DNA of 64,000 bases from an uncultured delta proteobacterium (GTDB lineage: Bacteria; Desulfobacterota; Zymogenia; Zymogenales; Zymogenaceae), in NCBI GenBank assembly GCA_963735595.1, contig CAVTLK010000003.1:64001-128000 (forward strand), given 5' to 3'. This document shows positions 19,712-29,279 of this stretch, piece after piece. Each line of letters begins with the position of its first letter. Position 1 is the stretch's first letter. The notes beneath the pieces are model-generated. The model saw only the letters and a list, made by a program, of their open reading frames with translations, was not told where the DNA came from and did not search any database. Made by a program: the position numbers and the translations under genes.

Positions 19712-21400
19712 TTAGTTCTTGCTCATGGGCTCGAGCTTGGGCTCGATGACCGGCGCGGGAGCGGGCGCAGGAGCCGGCTTTTCGCAGATGTCAAAGAGGT
19801 ATCCGAATCCGGCGGATACGCCCCAGCGGTTGAGCATATTGCCTTCGACGTTGAAGTAGAGGCGGTCGTTGACGTAATAGTCGACGCCGGCAAAGATGCC
19901 GAACGAATCTTTCTGGTCGAAGTTGAGATCGATGTCGGCGTCAAGGGGGATAACTCTGGCCGATGTCGTAGCTTGCCTCGGCCCAGGCCCAGCGGTACTC
20001 AACGCCGAGGTAGGGGGTCAGGCCGATATCCTTGAAGTGCCAGCCGGCGTGGATATCCGGGGTGAGGGTGATCATCCTGGTGCTGATCTTGGTCGGGAAG
20101 CCCGCGATGATGGGTGCGATGTCAGCGCCGCCGACGGTTCCGCTGATCTTGAGGGTCTTGTCGTCCCGAAGGAATGGGTGAAGAGCAGCCCGCCGCCGAT
20201 ATAGAACCCGTTATCGCCGCGGAAGAAGGTCGCCTTCACACCCAGGCCGTAGAGGAAGCTGGCGGAGCTGTCGTACTTGGCGTTGATATTGATGCCGCCT
20301 AATAGCGGCGTATGTAAGGACGTCGGCGTCAAGGGACTCGAACCGCGCGCCCACGAGGCCGTAGATATCGATGTTGGGATGAACGCCCCAGTTGAGCTGC
20401 GCGTAGACGTCGTGCATGGTCAGGTCATAGCTGCCGGCGTCGAGCAAGCGGGAAGTTGGTTGAGAGCTCCGTTGACATGTACGAGTAGCGAAGCTGGGGC
20501 AGGAGACGGCAGTCACCGACGGTATCGCTACCGGCGCCGCCGCCGCCCAGGAACGGCGAGTTCATCGGCCGATCTCGACGTCCCGTTGATGTCAAAGAGG
20601 TAGCCCACGCTTGCGCTCACGCCCCAGCGGTTCAGCATATTGCCTTCGACGTTGAAGTAGAGGTGGTCGGTGACGTAATAGTCGACGCCGGCGAAGATGC
20701 CGATACGAGTCTTTCTGTTCCAGGTTGAGATCGATATCGCCGTCAAGGGGGATAACTGCTGGCCGATGTCGTAGCTCGCCTTGGCCCACGCCCAGCGGTA
20801 CTCGACGCCGATGTAGGGGGTCAGGTCGATGTTCTTGAAGTGCCAGCCGGCGTGGATATCCGGGGTGAGGGTGATCATGCTGGTGCTTGAGCTTGCCGGC
20901 CGAGAGGCTGAACGGACCGCCGCCGACGGTCCCGTCGATATTGAGGGACTGCTCGCCGCCGAAGGAATGGGTGAAGAGCAACGCCGCCGCCGATGTAGAA
21001 CCCGTTATCGTTACGGAAGAAGGTCGCCTTTACGCCCAGGCCGTAGAGGAAGTTGGCGGAGTAGTCGTAGTCCGCGTTGATGTTGATGCCCGCAAGCGGG
21101 ATGTCCAGGACGTCGCCGTGCAGCGCGTCAAAACGTGCACCGGCCAGCCCGATGAGGTCGATGTTGGGATGCACGCCCCAGTTGAGCTGCGCGTACACGT
21201 CGTGTGTCGGTCAGGTTATAGGTGCCGGAATTAAGAAGCGGGAAGTTAGTTGCACGAGCTTCGTATTGCATGTACGAGTAGCGAAGCTCGGGCCGGAGCT
21301 TCCCGTCACCGACGGTGTCGCTGCCTTCGCCGGCGAATACGGACGCCGCCAGGAGCAGGGTAAGCCCCAAGGCTAACGTGAGAAACAAGGATCTCTTCAT
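19712..21400 (-). pseudogene. tandem double beta-barrel protein, array gene 8 (two barrel domains, several frameshifts)
   Basis: single signal peptide at 21400; domain 1 ends GYLFDIN, linker ...PMNSPFLGGGGAGSDTVGDCRLLPQLRY opens domain 2 with no promoter, terminator or signal peptide between; ends EPKLEPMSKN. Confidence 0.7.
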
Positions 21401-21489
21401 CTTTTACCTCCATGCTTGATGACAAGCGATTCTCATCCGTGAATATATAAACGGTTGAGTACATTAAATAGCGAACGAAATAGAGTAGA

Positions 21490-21517
21490 ATTATAGCAGT
21501 CTAATGTTTCATGTCAA
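21490..21517 (-). promoter_or_regulatory. consensus sigma70 promoter TTGACA-16-TATAAT for array gene 8
   Basis: plus strand ATTATA-GCAGTCTAATGTTTCA-TGTCAA. Confidence 0.7.
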
Positions 21518-21942
21518 CCAAAAAAGGACTATCTGCTGAAAAGAAATCGTGTATAAAGTGAGTTAAAACAATATAATAGGAATAGCTGCATTAAATTGAA
21601 CCATGCGTGCAACTTTACATGATAGCGGCAGTATTTGCATATGCGAATATTCGCACGGTCCGGTAAACTCCCACTCGCCCAACGGTTCCGTATATCAGGA
21701 GAGCGCCCCCAGCCCACCAGGAGGCCACCTGCCGTAAACCGTCAGATCAGTACGTAAGGCGTTTACAAACCGCCCCCACTAATGACCTCCGGGGGCGTGA
21801 TATTAAGTGAATATTGTTAAATCAGCTTAACAATGTAAGCATGGTCACTCCTCCTTCCCGAATAAAGGGTGATATAATATGGTTATATCTGAAAACCGTA
21901 ATCAAGGATTCAGCGACCTTCACTGAAAAGGAGTCTGCTACC

Positions 21943-23682
21943 ATGAAACGAATCTTTCTTGCCGTGTTTGGTTTCCTTCTTTCGTTCGCGTTATTGGTCA
22001 CTTACGGGTGGGCTGCCGAGTGGGCTCCCCGCAATAAGGTCGTGTTCTATCAGGACTACGGATGCGATACGGGCAACGATCTTGAACTCGGTGCAGGCAG
22101 CTACCCGGATTTGCGCGACTATCGGACGGGAGGGTCCGGTGGACAGAACTGGAACGATCAAATCTCGTCCATGGTGATCGGGGCGAGCGTAACCACGGTA
22201 ATCGTCTATGAACATATCAATTACGGAGGCAGGAGCAAGGAGTTCACCAGGTCATGGAAAAAGCACAACGAAGACTGCAACACAATGGACGAGTGGTGGA
22301 ATGACAAGATCAGCTCCGTCAAGATCATCGGACCGGGATCCTCCTCTCCGTGGGACGAACCCGTTACCCGCGACAAGGCCGTTTTCTACCAGGACGGCGG
22401 ATGTGACGGCGGCAATTACGTTGAGCTTGAAGAGGGGGAATACGCGGACCTGCGAGAGCTCAGGGTAAAGGGATCGGGCAGTTCCACCTGGAACGACCGG
22501 ATCTCGTGTATGGTAATCGGATCGGGTATCTCCAAGGTGATCGTCTATGAGCACGTCAACTTCGGTGGGAGGAGCAGCGTATTCACCCGATCGGGAGGGG
22601 GGTCGGACTCAATCCAGAATATTATGGGCGGCTGGTGGGACGACAAGATCAGCTCAATCAAGGTCATCGGTACGGGATCGTCCTCTCCGTGGGATGCACC
22701 CGTTACCCGCGATAGGGCCGTGTTCTACCAGGACGGCGGGTGCGACGGCGGCAATTACGTTGAGCTTGAAGAGGGGGAATACGCGGACCTGCGCAAGCTT
22801 AAAGTAAAGGGATCGGGCAGTTCCACCTGGAACGACCGGATCTCGTGCATGGTAATCGGATCGGGTATCTCCAAGGTGATCGTCTACGAGCACGTCAACT
22901 TCGAGGGGAGGAGCAGCGTATTCACCCGATCGGGGTGGACGGACTCAATCCAAAATATTGAGGGTGGTTGGTGGGATGACAAGATCAGCTCAATCAAGGT
23001 CATCGGTACGGAATCTTCCAAACCGTGGAAGAAGCCGATCGCACGGGACAAGGCCGTGTTCTACCAGGACGATAAATGCGAAGGAGGCACCTACGTGGAG
23101 CTGAGAGAAGGGGAATACCCGGATCTCCGTGAGCTCAGGGTAAAGGGATCGGGCAGCGACACCTGGAACGATCGAATCTCTTGCATAACGATCGGGTCAG
23201 AGATCTCCCAGGTTATAATCTATCAACACCCGAACTTCGAGGGGAAGGGCAAGGTCCTCACGCGGTCAAGCGGCGAACCAGACGTAAGTTGGAGCCTTCT
23301 GGGCGGATGGAGTTATAAAAAGATATCTTCGATCAAGGTAATCGGCTCAGGATCGGGGACGCCGCGGGACGAACCGGCCCCGCGCAATAGAGCCGTGTTC
23401 TACCAGGACAACTGCGGCAGCGGGGACCGTATAGAACTGGCAAAAGGCGAATACCCGGATTTACGCGAGTTTGCGGTAAAGGGCTCGAGCAGCGCCACCT
23501 GGAACGACCGAATCTCATGCATAACTATCGGGCTGGGGATAAACAAGGTAACCGTCTATGAACACCCGAATTTTGAGGGGAAGAGCAGGGAGTTCACGCG
23601 GCCGTGGGGCGGCTCGGACACAAACTGGAGCCTCTCAGGCCTGTGGTGCAACGACAAGGTCACTTCGCTCAAGGTTCAGTAG
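21943..23682 (+). CDS. secreted protein with five tandem beta/gamma-crystallin-like domains
   Basis: signal peptide MKRIFLAV; five ~112-aa repeats with WNDRISC/WDDKISS and VYEHxNFxG motifs; AAGGAG RBS. Confidence 0.85.
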   Translation: MKRIFLAVFGFLLSFALLVTYGWAAEWAPRNKVVFYQDYGCDTGNDLELGAGSYPDLRDYRTGGSGGQNWNDQISSMVIGASVTTVIVYEHINYGGRSKEFTRSWKKHNEDCNTMDEWWNDKISSVKIIGPGSSSPWDEPVTRDKAVFYQDGGCDGGNYVELEEGEYADLRELRVKGSGSSTWNDRISCMVIGSGISKVIVYEHVNFGGRSSVFTRSGGGSDSIQNIMGGWWDDKISSIKVIGTGSSSPWDAPVTRDRAVFYQDGGCDGGNYVELEEGEYADLRKLKVKGSGSSTWNDRISCMVIGSGISKVIVYEHVNFEGRSSVFTRSGWTDSIQNIEGGWWDDKISSIKVIGTESSKPWKKPIARDKAVFYQDDKCEGGTYVELREGEYPDLRELRVKGSGSDTWNDRISCITIGSEISQVIIYQHPNFEGKGKVLTRSSGEPDVSWSLLGGWSYKKISSIKVIGSGSGTPRDEPAPRNRAVFYQDNCGSGDRIELAKGEYPDLREFAVKGSSSATWNDRISCITIGLGINKVTVYEHPNFEGKSREFTRPWGGSDTNWSLSGLWCNDKVTSLKVQ

Positions 23683-23699
23683 ACCCGATCATGGGTGAT

Positions 23700-23733
23700 A
23701 TACGGGGGCCGTTTGAGAAAACGGCCCCCGTAT
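23700..23733. terminator. terminator hairpin
   Basis: ATACGGGGGCCGTTT-GAGA-AAACGGCCCCCGTAT just after the stop codon. Confidence 0.75.
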
Positions 23734-23943
23734 TATGTAATCGAAGACCATGAAACTTTCGACTGTACCGTCCCGGTATACCCGGTATTTCTCGTGCCTT
23801 CCTCTTTTCCCTTGCCTTTCCTCTCTAAAATCCGCTACAGTTGAACCGGCGTACCGGAAGATCGCGTTCGCCGCGAGGCCAAAGGACGCATCTCATCATG
23901 CTATCATACCTACTACCATAGTTCCTGCTATCGGAGGGATGCC

Positions 23944-24726
23944 ATGGATTACACCAACAAGACGATTCTGATTACCGGGGCCTCGTCCGGCATCGGGCGG
24001 GCCGTCGCCATGGCGTTGAGCCGGCACAATAACGACATCTTCATCACGGCGCGGCGGAAGAAACTGCTCGACCAGACCGCCGACATGGTGACGAAAAACG
24101 GCAGCCGGTGCACTCCCATCGTCGGCGACGCGCTCGACGAGGACTACTGCCGGTCCGTAGTAAACGAGATGGTGAAGAAGTGCGGCCGGATAGACATCGC
24201 GCTTCTGAACGTCGGCGGGGGACCGGCCTCCAACACGCTGACCGTGTCGGCACAGACGGTCCGGGAGTGCATGCGGAGCAACTTCGATACGATGATCAAC
24301 TTCTACTGCCCGCTGATCGCCCAGATGAAAAAGCAGTCGACCAGGTGCCTCATCGCCCACACGAACTCGCTCGCGTCATACTTCGGCATCCCCATGCAGG
24401 GCGACTACACGGCGGCCAAGGCGGCGGGCCGGATATTCCTCGAGACCGCCCGTATGGAGCTGAAACACTTCGGGTACAAACATATCCTCATCCAGACGAT
24501 TCACCCCGGCTTCGTCGACACGCAGACGTGCCGGAACGACGGGATCCCCAGTCCCAACCAAATCAGCGAAGAGGAATCGGCAAAATATATCCTCAAAGGC
24601 TTCAAGACGGAGATTCACGAAAACCGGTTCCCGGCGGGTATGAGCGCGGCGGTAAGATTTGGGAGGATCGCGTCCTACGCCCTCAGGACAATAGTGCTTC
24701 TCGGCGAGACGCCGAAGGAGTATTAA
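23944..24726 (+). CDS. short-chain dehydrogenase/reductase
   Basis: TGASSGIG, S...YTAAK, IHPGFVDT. Confidence 0.9.
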   Translation: MDYTNKTILITGASSGIGRAVAMALSRHNNDIFITARRKKLLDQTADMVTKNGSRCTPIVGDALDEDYCRSVVNEMVKKCGRIDIALLNVGGGPASNTLTVSAQTVRECMRSNFDTMINFYCPLIAQMKKQSTRCLIAHTNSLASYFGIPMQGDYTAAKAAGRIFLETARMELKHFGYKHILIQTIHPGFVDTQTCRNDGIPSPNQISEEESAKYILKGFKTEIHENRFPAGMSAAVRFGRIASYALRTIVLLGETPKEY

Positions 24727-24855
24727 AAAGGGGGCAGTTGGTCCGGGTTTGTCTCGTATGCGATTTCGTGGAAATATCATTCCTCAAAAAGTGATATCAT
24801 GAACGTAACCGCGAAACGCTGCGCCCGGGCAATACCTTTTACCATGGGATGAGCA

Positions 24856-25086
24856 GTGAGACAGGGCCCCTTTTTCCAATTTTCAATGCGTTGTTTTTCA
24901 GACGGTCATATCAGCAGGGAATGGCTGAAAGAATGTATTTTTTACGTGAACGCCTTCTTCGAGTATTATACCTGGGTGGAGTTGATCCTCGGTTTTGTCC
25001 TCCCCTTTTCGGCCATCATTTTTCTGGTACTCATCCTTATCCTTTTGATACGACAGTCACCGTCAAAGTCAGGGGAGGGCCAATAG
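24856..25086 (+). CDS. small hypothetical membrane protein (start uncertain)
   Basis: C-terminal hydrophobic helix WVELILGFVLPFSAIIFLVLILILLI. Confidence 0.35.
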   Translation: MRQGPFFQFSMRCFSDGHISREWLKECIFYVNAFFEYYTWVELILGFVLPFSAIIFLVLILILLIRQSPSKSGEGQ

Positions 25087-25359
25087 AAAAAGTGGGCGGC
25101 CCTCCGCAATAACGGGTCGAGCGTCGCGTCCGTTGTTCGCCGTGTTTGGCCGCAGGCAAGAAATCAACTCTATCGCCGGCCTGCCTTCCCTTCTTCTTTT
25201 CACTTGCCTTTGATTTTGAAATCCGATACACTGGCCGCATTCCGATCCAACGCGGCTGGCGGGGGAGGGGCCGTCCGGTCGCTCACTTCATGCTTGTCAT
25301 TTTAGAATCTCTCAGATCACCCTCCGCGTTCTTACCACCCTATATCATGGAGCACTCGT

Positions 25360-26824
25360 ATGGTTGATCTCGACGTAAAACTTCCCGTCGGAAGGATGAT
25401 GCTGGGCTACGTTATCATCATCGCCCTTCTGGTGCTGGTAACCGTGGCGACCCATTTTGTCCCCGCGGGCCTCTATGACCGGGTCGAGAAGGTTAATCCC
25501 GAGACCGGCACAACGATGAACGTGATCGTCCCGGACAGTTTCGCCTATGTCACGCCCAACCCGCAGGGGGTGGTTGACCTGCTGATCTCCCCTATCAAGT
25601 CTCTCTACGTACAAGGGGCCGATCGCCGCGATCATCGTTGTCTTCATCATCCTCATCGGCGGCTCGTTTATGGCGATGCGCCGAACGGGGGCGCTGGACG
25701 CCGGGGTGCTGCGGTTTATTAAGAAGTTCGAGGGGAGGGAAAAATACGTCATCCCGGCCCTGATGATATTCTTTTCCCTGTTCGGAGCGCTCTTCGGCAT
25801 CCTCGAGGAGCTGACGCCGTTTATCATCATCGTTGTGCCGATGGCCATCGCCATGGGGTACGATTCGATCGTCGGGCTCATGCTGATATTCGGGGCGTGC
25901 GGCGTCGGGTTTACGGCGGCTATCACAAACCCGTTTACCGTCGGGATCGCCCAGAGGATCGCGGAGATCCCCCTCTTTTCAGGGGCGACCTACCGGATGC
26001 TGGTCTGGGTCGTGATGATGACGATCGCCGTAGGATACACCGCGTGGTACGGCGCCCGGGTACGAAAAGACCCGTCAAAGAGCCTCGTGGCCGATTTCGA
26101 CGCCTCGGTCCGCAAGGAGTTCGTAGAGATCGAAAAGGAGTTTTCCGATTTCACGCCGGCGCACCGGCGGGTCGTCTGGATGATCGGCACACTGGTTGCC
26201 TTTCTTTTCGTCGGGCTGATCGTTGGGCAGCTGGCCGCGCCCAAGGTCATGGCCGACATAAGCCTGCCGTTCGTCGTCCTCATATTCGTCGTCATGGGCG
26301 TTGCCTCGGGGCTCCTGGGAGGGCTCGGCGCCTGGGGGACTCTCAAGGCCTTTGTCAAGGGATTCATCACGTTTATTCCCGCCGGTCTCTTCATCATGCT
26401 GGCGCGGGCCGTTATCGTCATCGCCGACGAGGGAAAGATCATCGATACGATTCTTTTTTGGTTATCGGGGTTCATCGCGCAATTTCACGTGGTGTTCGCC
26501 TCCTGGGCGATGCTGCTGGTGCAGACGATTATCAACTTTTTCCTCTCGTCCGGCTCGGCCCAGGCGATGGTAACGATCCCGGTAATGGTGCCGCTCGGAG
26601 AGCTGGTCGGCATCACGCGGCAGGTGACGGTCCTGGCCTTCCAGATGGGAGATGGATTCTCCAATATCTTCTGGCCGACCAATCCCCTCCTGATTGTCGC
26701 CGTGTCGCTGGCCGGCATCACCTGGACCAAGTGGGCGCGTTTCATGCTGCCGCTGCAGATAATGCTGCTTACGGCGGGCTTCCTGATGCTGACGATTGCG
26801 GTGCTCATCGGGTGGGGGCCGTAG
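25360..26824 (+). CDS. YfcC/DcuC-family carrier (anaerobic C4-dicarboxylate or arginine/ornithine antiporter-like), frameshift near 25620
   Basis: VPAGLYDR, GFTAAITNPFTVGIAQRIAE, SSGSAQA, AFQMGDGFSN motifs. Confidence 0.85.
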
Positions 26825-26885
26825 CGGCGCACACGAAGGAGGATTCGCCGGGGCCCGATGGGGGGAGGAAGGAAGAGACTATTTT

Positions 26886-26980
26886 CGCTATTGCGAGGAG
26901 CCGAAGGCGAAGCGGGAATTCCCCGACTGTGACCGTGCAGCAGGGAAATTGCCCCGGTCACTTCGTTCCCCACGATAACG
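26886..26980. repeat. family B palindromic repeat, degenerate inverted doublet
   Basis: CGCTATTGCGAGGAG...CCCGACTGTGACCG followed by a degenerate reverse-complement unit at 26943-26980. Confidence 0.6.
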
Positions 26981-27137
26981 GGCATTCGTCCGACCGGGGA
27001 AAATAGGCCGTATGCGAGCAACCCGTGTTTCTTAAACATACTATAATACCTGCTATTACCGCACCATAAGGAGGTTTACCGAAGCGCAATCCTGAAAGAA
27101 CCATGACATAGACCCTTGACCCGAATTGGAGGCCTCT

Positions 27138-29267
27138 ATGCGAACGCTTCAGATTCTGGGAATTGACGCAGGCGGAACGATGACCGACACCATCCTCATC
27201 GATAAGGAGGGGGCAATGGTGATCGGCAAGGCCGCCACAACGCCCCACGATGAATCGATCGGTTTTCTCGCCTCGCTCGCCGACGCACTCGGCTGGTGGG
27301 ATATGAAACCGGAGCACGCAGTGCCGATGCTGGACGCGGCCATCTATTCCGGGACCGCCATGATTAATGCGCTGCTCATGCGGCGGGGCAAGAAAGTGGG
27401 GCTTCTCATCACCAAGGGGCTGGAAGACTACCTCCTCATGGAGCGGGGGGTCCAGACCTATCTCGGTTACCATTATCCAGACAGGCTTCATACCGTCACC
27501 CATGTCCACAATCCCCCCCTGATTCCGCGGCGCTGGGTAAAAGGCATCGGTCAGCGCACCGACATGTTCGGCACGGAGGTAATCCCCCTCTACGAAGACG
27601 AGGTGAGGGCGGCCGCCGAAGAGCTGATCGACGAGGGAGTCGAAGCCCTGACCATCTCTTTTACCTTCTCCTACGTCAACCCGTCCCATGAGCGGCGCGC
27701 CGAAGAAATCGTCCGGGAGGTAATGCCCCGAAAGGGCGTTGACCTTCCCGTCTATATCGGCAGCCGCGTCCAGCCCGTGATGAGGGAGTACTCCCGCCTT
27801 AACTGCGTCGTCATCGAGGCGTACGCCGCCGACCCCTCCCGCCGCCACCTCATCAAGATCGAAGACGAGATCAAGAAACAGGGCTTCAAACGCCGCCTGC
27901 AGATCATGACGGCCCACGGCGGAATTGTGAACGTCCGGGCGGCAAAGGCGTTCCAGAGCCTGATCTCGGGGCCCATCGGCGGAATCATCGGCTCGAAGTA
28001 CGTCGCCGACCGGCTCGGCATCAAGAACGTCATCTGCACCGACATGGGCGGGACGAGCTTCGACGTGGGCCTCATCACCGAGGGGGTCTTTTCCATCAAC
28101 CCGGAACCGGATATCGCCCGTTTCAAGATGAACCTGCCGATGGTCGCGGTCGATTCCATCGGCGCGGGGACGGGCACGTTCATCCGGGTCGACCCGATCA
28201 GTAATCGCGTCGAGCTCGGGCCGGACAGCGCGGGCGCAGACCCCGGCCCCTGCTGTTACGGAATCCAGAAGGAAAACCCGACGATTTGTGACTGCGACGT
28301 GATCAGCGGCATCATCAATCCCGATTACTACCTGGGGGGGACTATCAAGATCTACCGCGATCTGGCCGTGGAGGTTTTTAAGGAAAAGGTGGCCGACAAG
28401 CTGGGGCTGGACATCTTCGAGGCGGCGGCGGGCATGATCAGCCTTGTCGAGACACAAATGCGCGACCATCTCCACGCGATGGTTCTGGGCCGGGGGTTCG
28501 AGACGTTCGACTATTACCTCTCGTCCTACGGGGGGGCCGGGCCGATGCACTGCGCCAGCTACTGCGAAGGGCTTGATTTTAAAGGGATCATGATCCCGGC
28601 CTGGGCGCCGGCGTTTTCGGCCTTCGGGTGCACCTGCGCCGATTACCAGCACCGCGCCGATAAATCGACCCTGGTCATGTTCCCGCTGGGTGCAGACGAA
28701 GCCACGAAGACCGCCCTCGGCGGGATGCTCAACGCCGTCTGGGCCGAGCTCAAGGGGATGCTCCTGGGCGAGTTTGCCGCGGAGGGCTACACCGAGGCTC
28801 AGATCGCGTTTACTCCCTACGTCCGTATGAGTTACACGGGCCAGCTGGACGCCCTGGAGGTCAAATGCCCCACGCTTGAGGTGGCCACGGCCGCGCAGGT
28901 GGACGAGATCATCGGTAACTTCGAGACCCTCTACGAAAAGGTCTTTGCCCGGGCGGCGAAGTTTCCCGAGGCAGGGTACCTCGTGACGGAGGCGGTCCTC
29001 ACGGCGACGGTCGATACCATCAAGCCGGCGCTCCCAAAATCGAAGCTTGCCGCACGCAAGCCCGGCAAGGAAGCCGGCAAGGGTACGCGCGACGTCTACT
29101 GGAGAGGCGGGTGGAAAAAGTTTGCCCTCTACGAGATGGACCTCCTGAAGCCGGGCAACGTAGCCGAGGGGCCCTGCATCGTGGAGCACCCCGCCACGAC
29201 CCTCGTTGTGCCCCCGGATTACCGGGTGCGCATGGACGAATACCGAATATTCTGGATGGAACGGTAA
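27138..29267 (+). CDS. acxA: acetone carboxylase beta subunit / hydantoinase A family
   Basis: GIDAGGTMTD, ISGPIGG, TDMGGTSFD, DSIGAG, GPDSAG, SYGGAGPMH. Confidence 0.85.
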   Translation: MRTLQILGIDAGGTMTDTILIDKEGAMVIGKAATTPHDESIGFLASLADALGWWDMKPEHAVPMLDAAIYSGTAMINALLMRRGKKVGLLITKGLEDYLLMERGVQTYLGYHYPDRLHTVTHVHNPPLIPRRWVKGIGQRTDMFGTEVIPLYEDEVRAAAEELIDEGVEALTISFTFSYVNPSHERRAEEIVREVMPRKGVDLPVYIGSRVQPVMREYSRLNCVVIEAYAADPSRRHLIKIEDEIKKQGFKRRLQIMTAHGGIVNVRAAKAFQSLISGPIGGIIGSKYVADRLGIKNVICTDMGGTSFDVGLITEGVFSINPEPDIARFKMNLPMVAVDSIGAGTGTFIRVDPISNRVELGPDSAGADPGPCCYGIQKENPTICDCDVISGIINPDYYLGGTIKIYRDLAVEVFKEKVADKLGLDIFEAAAGMISLVETQMRDHLHAMVLGRGFETFDYYLSSYGGAGPMHCASYCEGLDFKGIMIPAWAPAFSAFGCTCADYQHRADKSTLVMFPLGADEATKTALGGMLNAVWAELKGMLLGEFAAEGYTEAQIAFTPYVRMSYTGQLDALEVKCPTLEVATAAQVDEIIGNFETLYEKVFARAAKFPEAGYLVTEAVLTATVDTIKPALPKSKLAARKPGKEAGKGTRDVYWRGGWKKFALYEMDLLKPGNVAEGPCIVEHPATTLVVPPDYRVRMDEYRIFWMER

Positions 29268-29279
29268 GAGGAGAAGACT

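Noticed and set aside
12359..21400. CRISPR array, diversity-generating retroelement or shufflon as the explanation for the repeats
   Set aside because: Repeat units are whole ~1-kb genes in one orientation; no short repeat-spacer periodicity, and no reverse transcriptase, adenine-specific TR/VR pair, invertase or cas gene in the window
21600..21810. Riboswitch or ncRNA in the array/crystallin intergenic region
   Set aside because: Only weak short stems; no recognisable aptamer consensus
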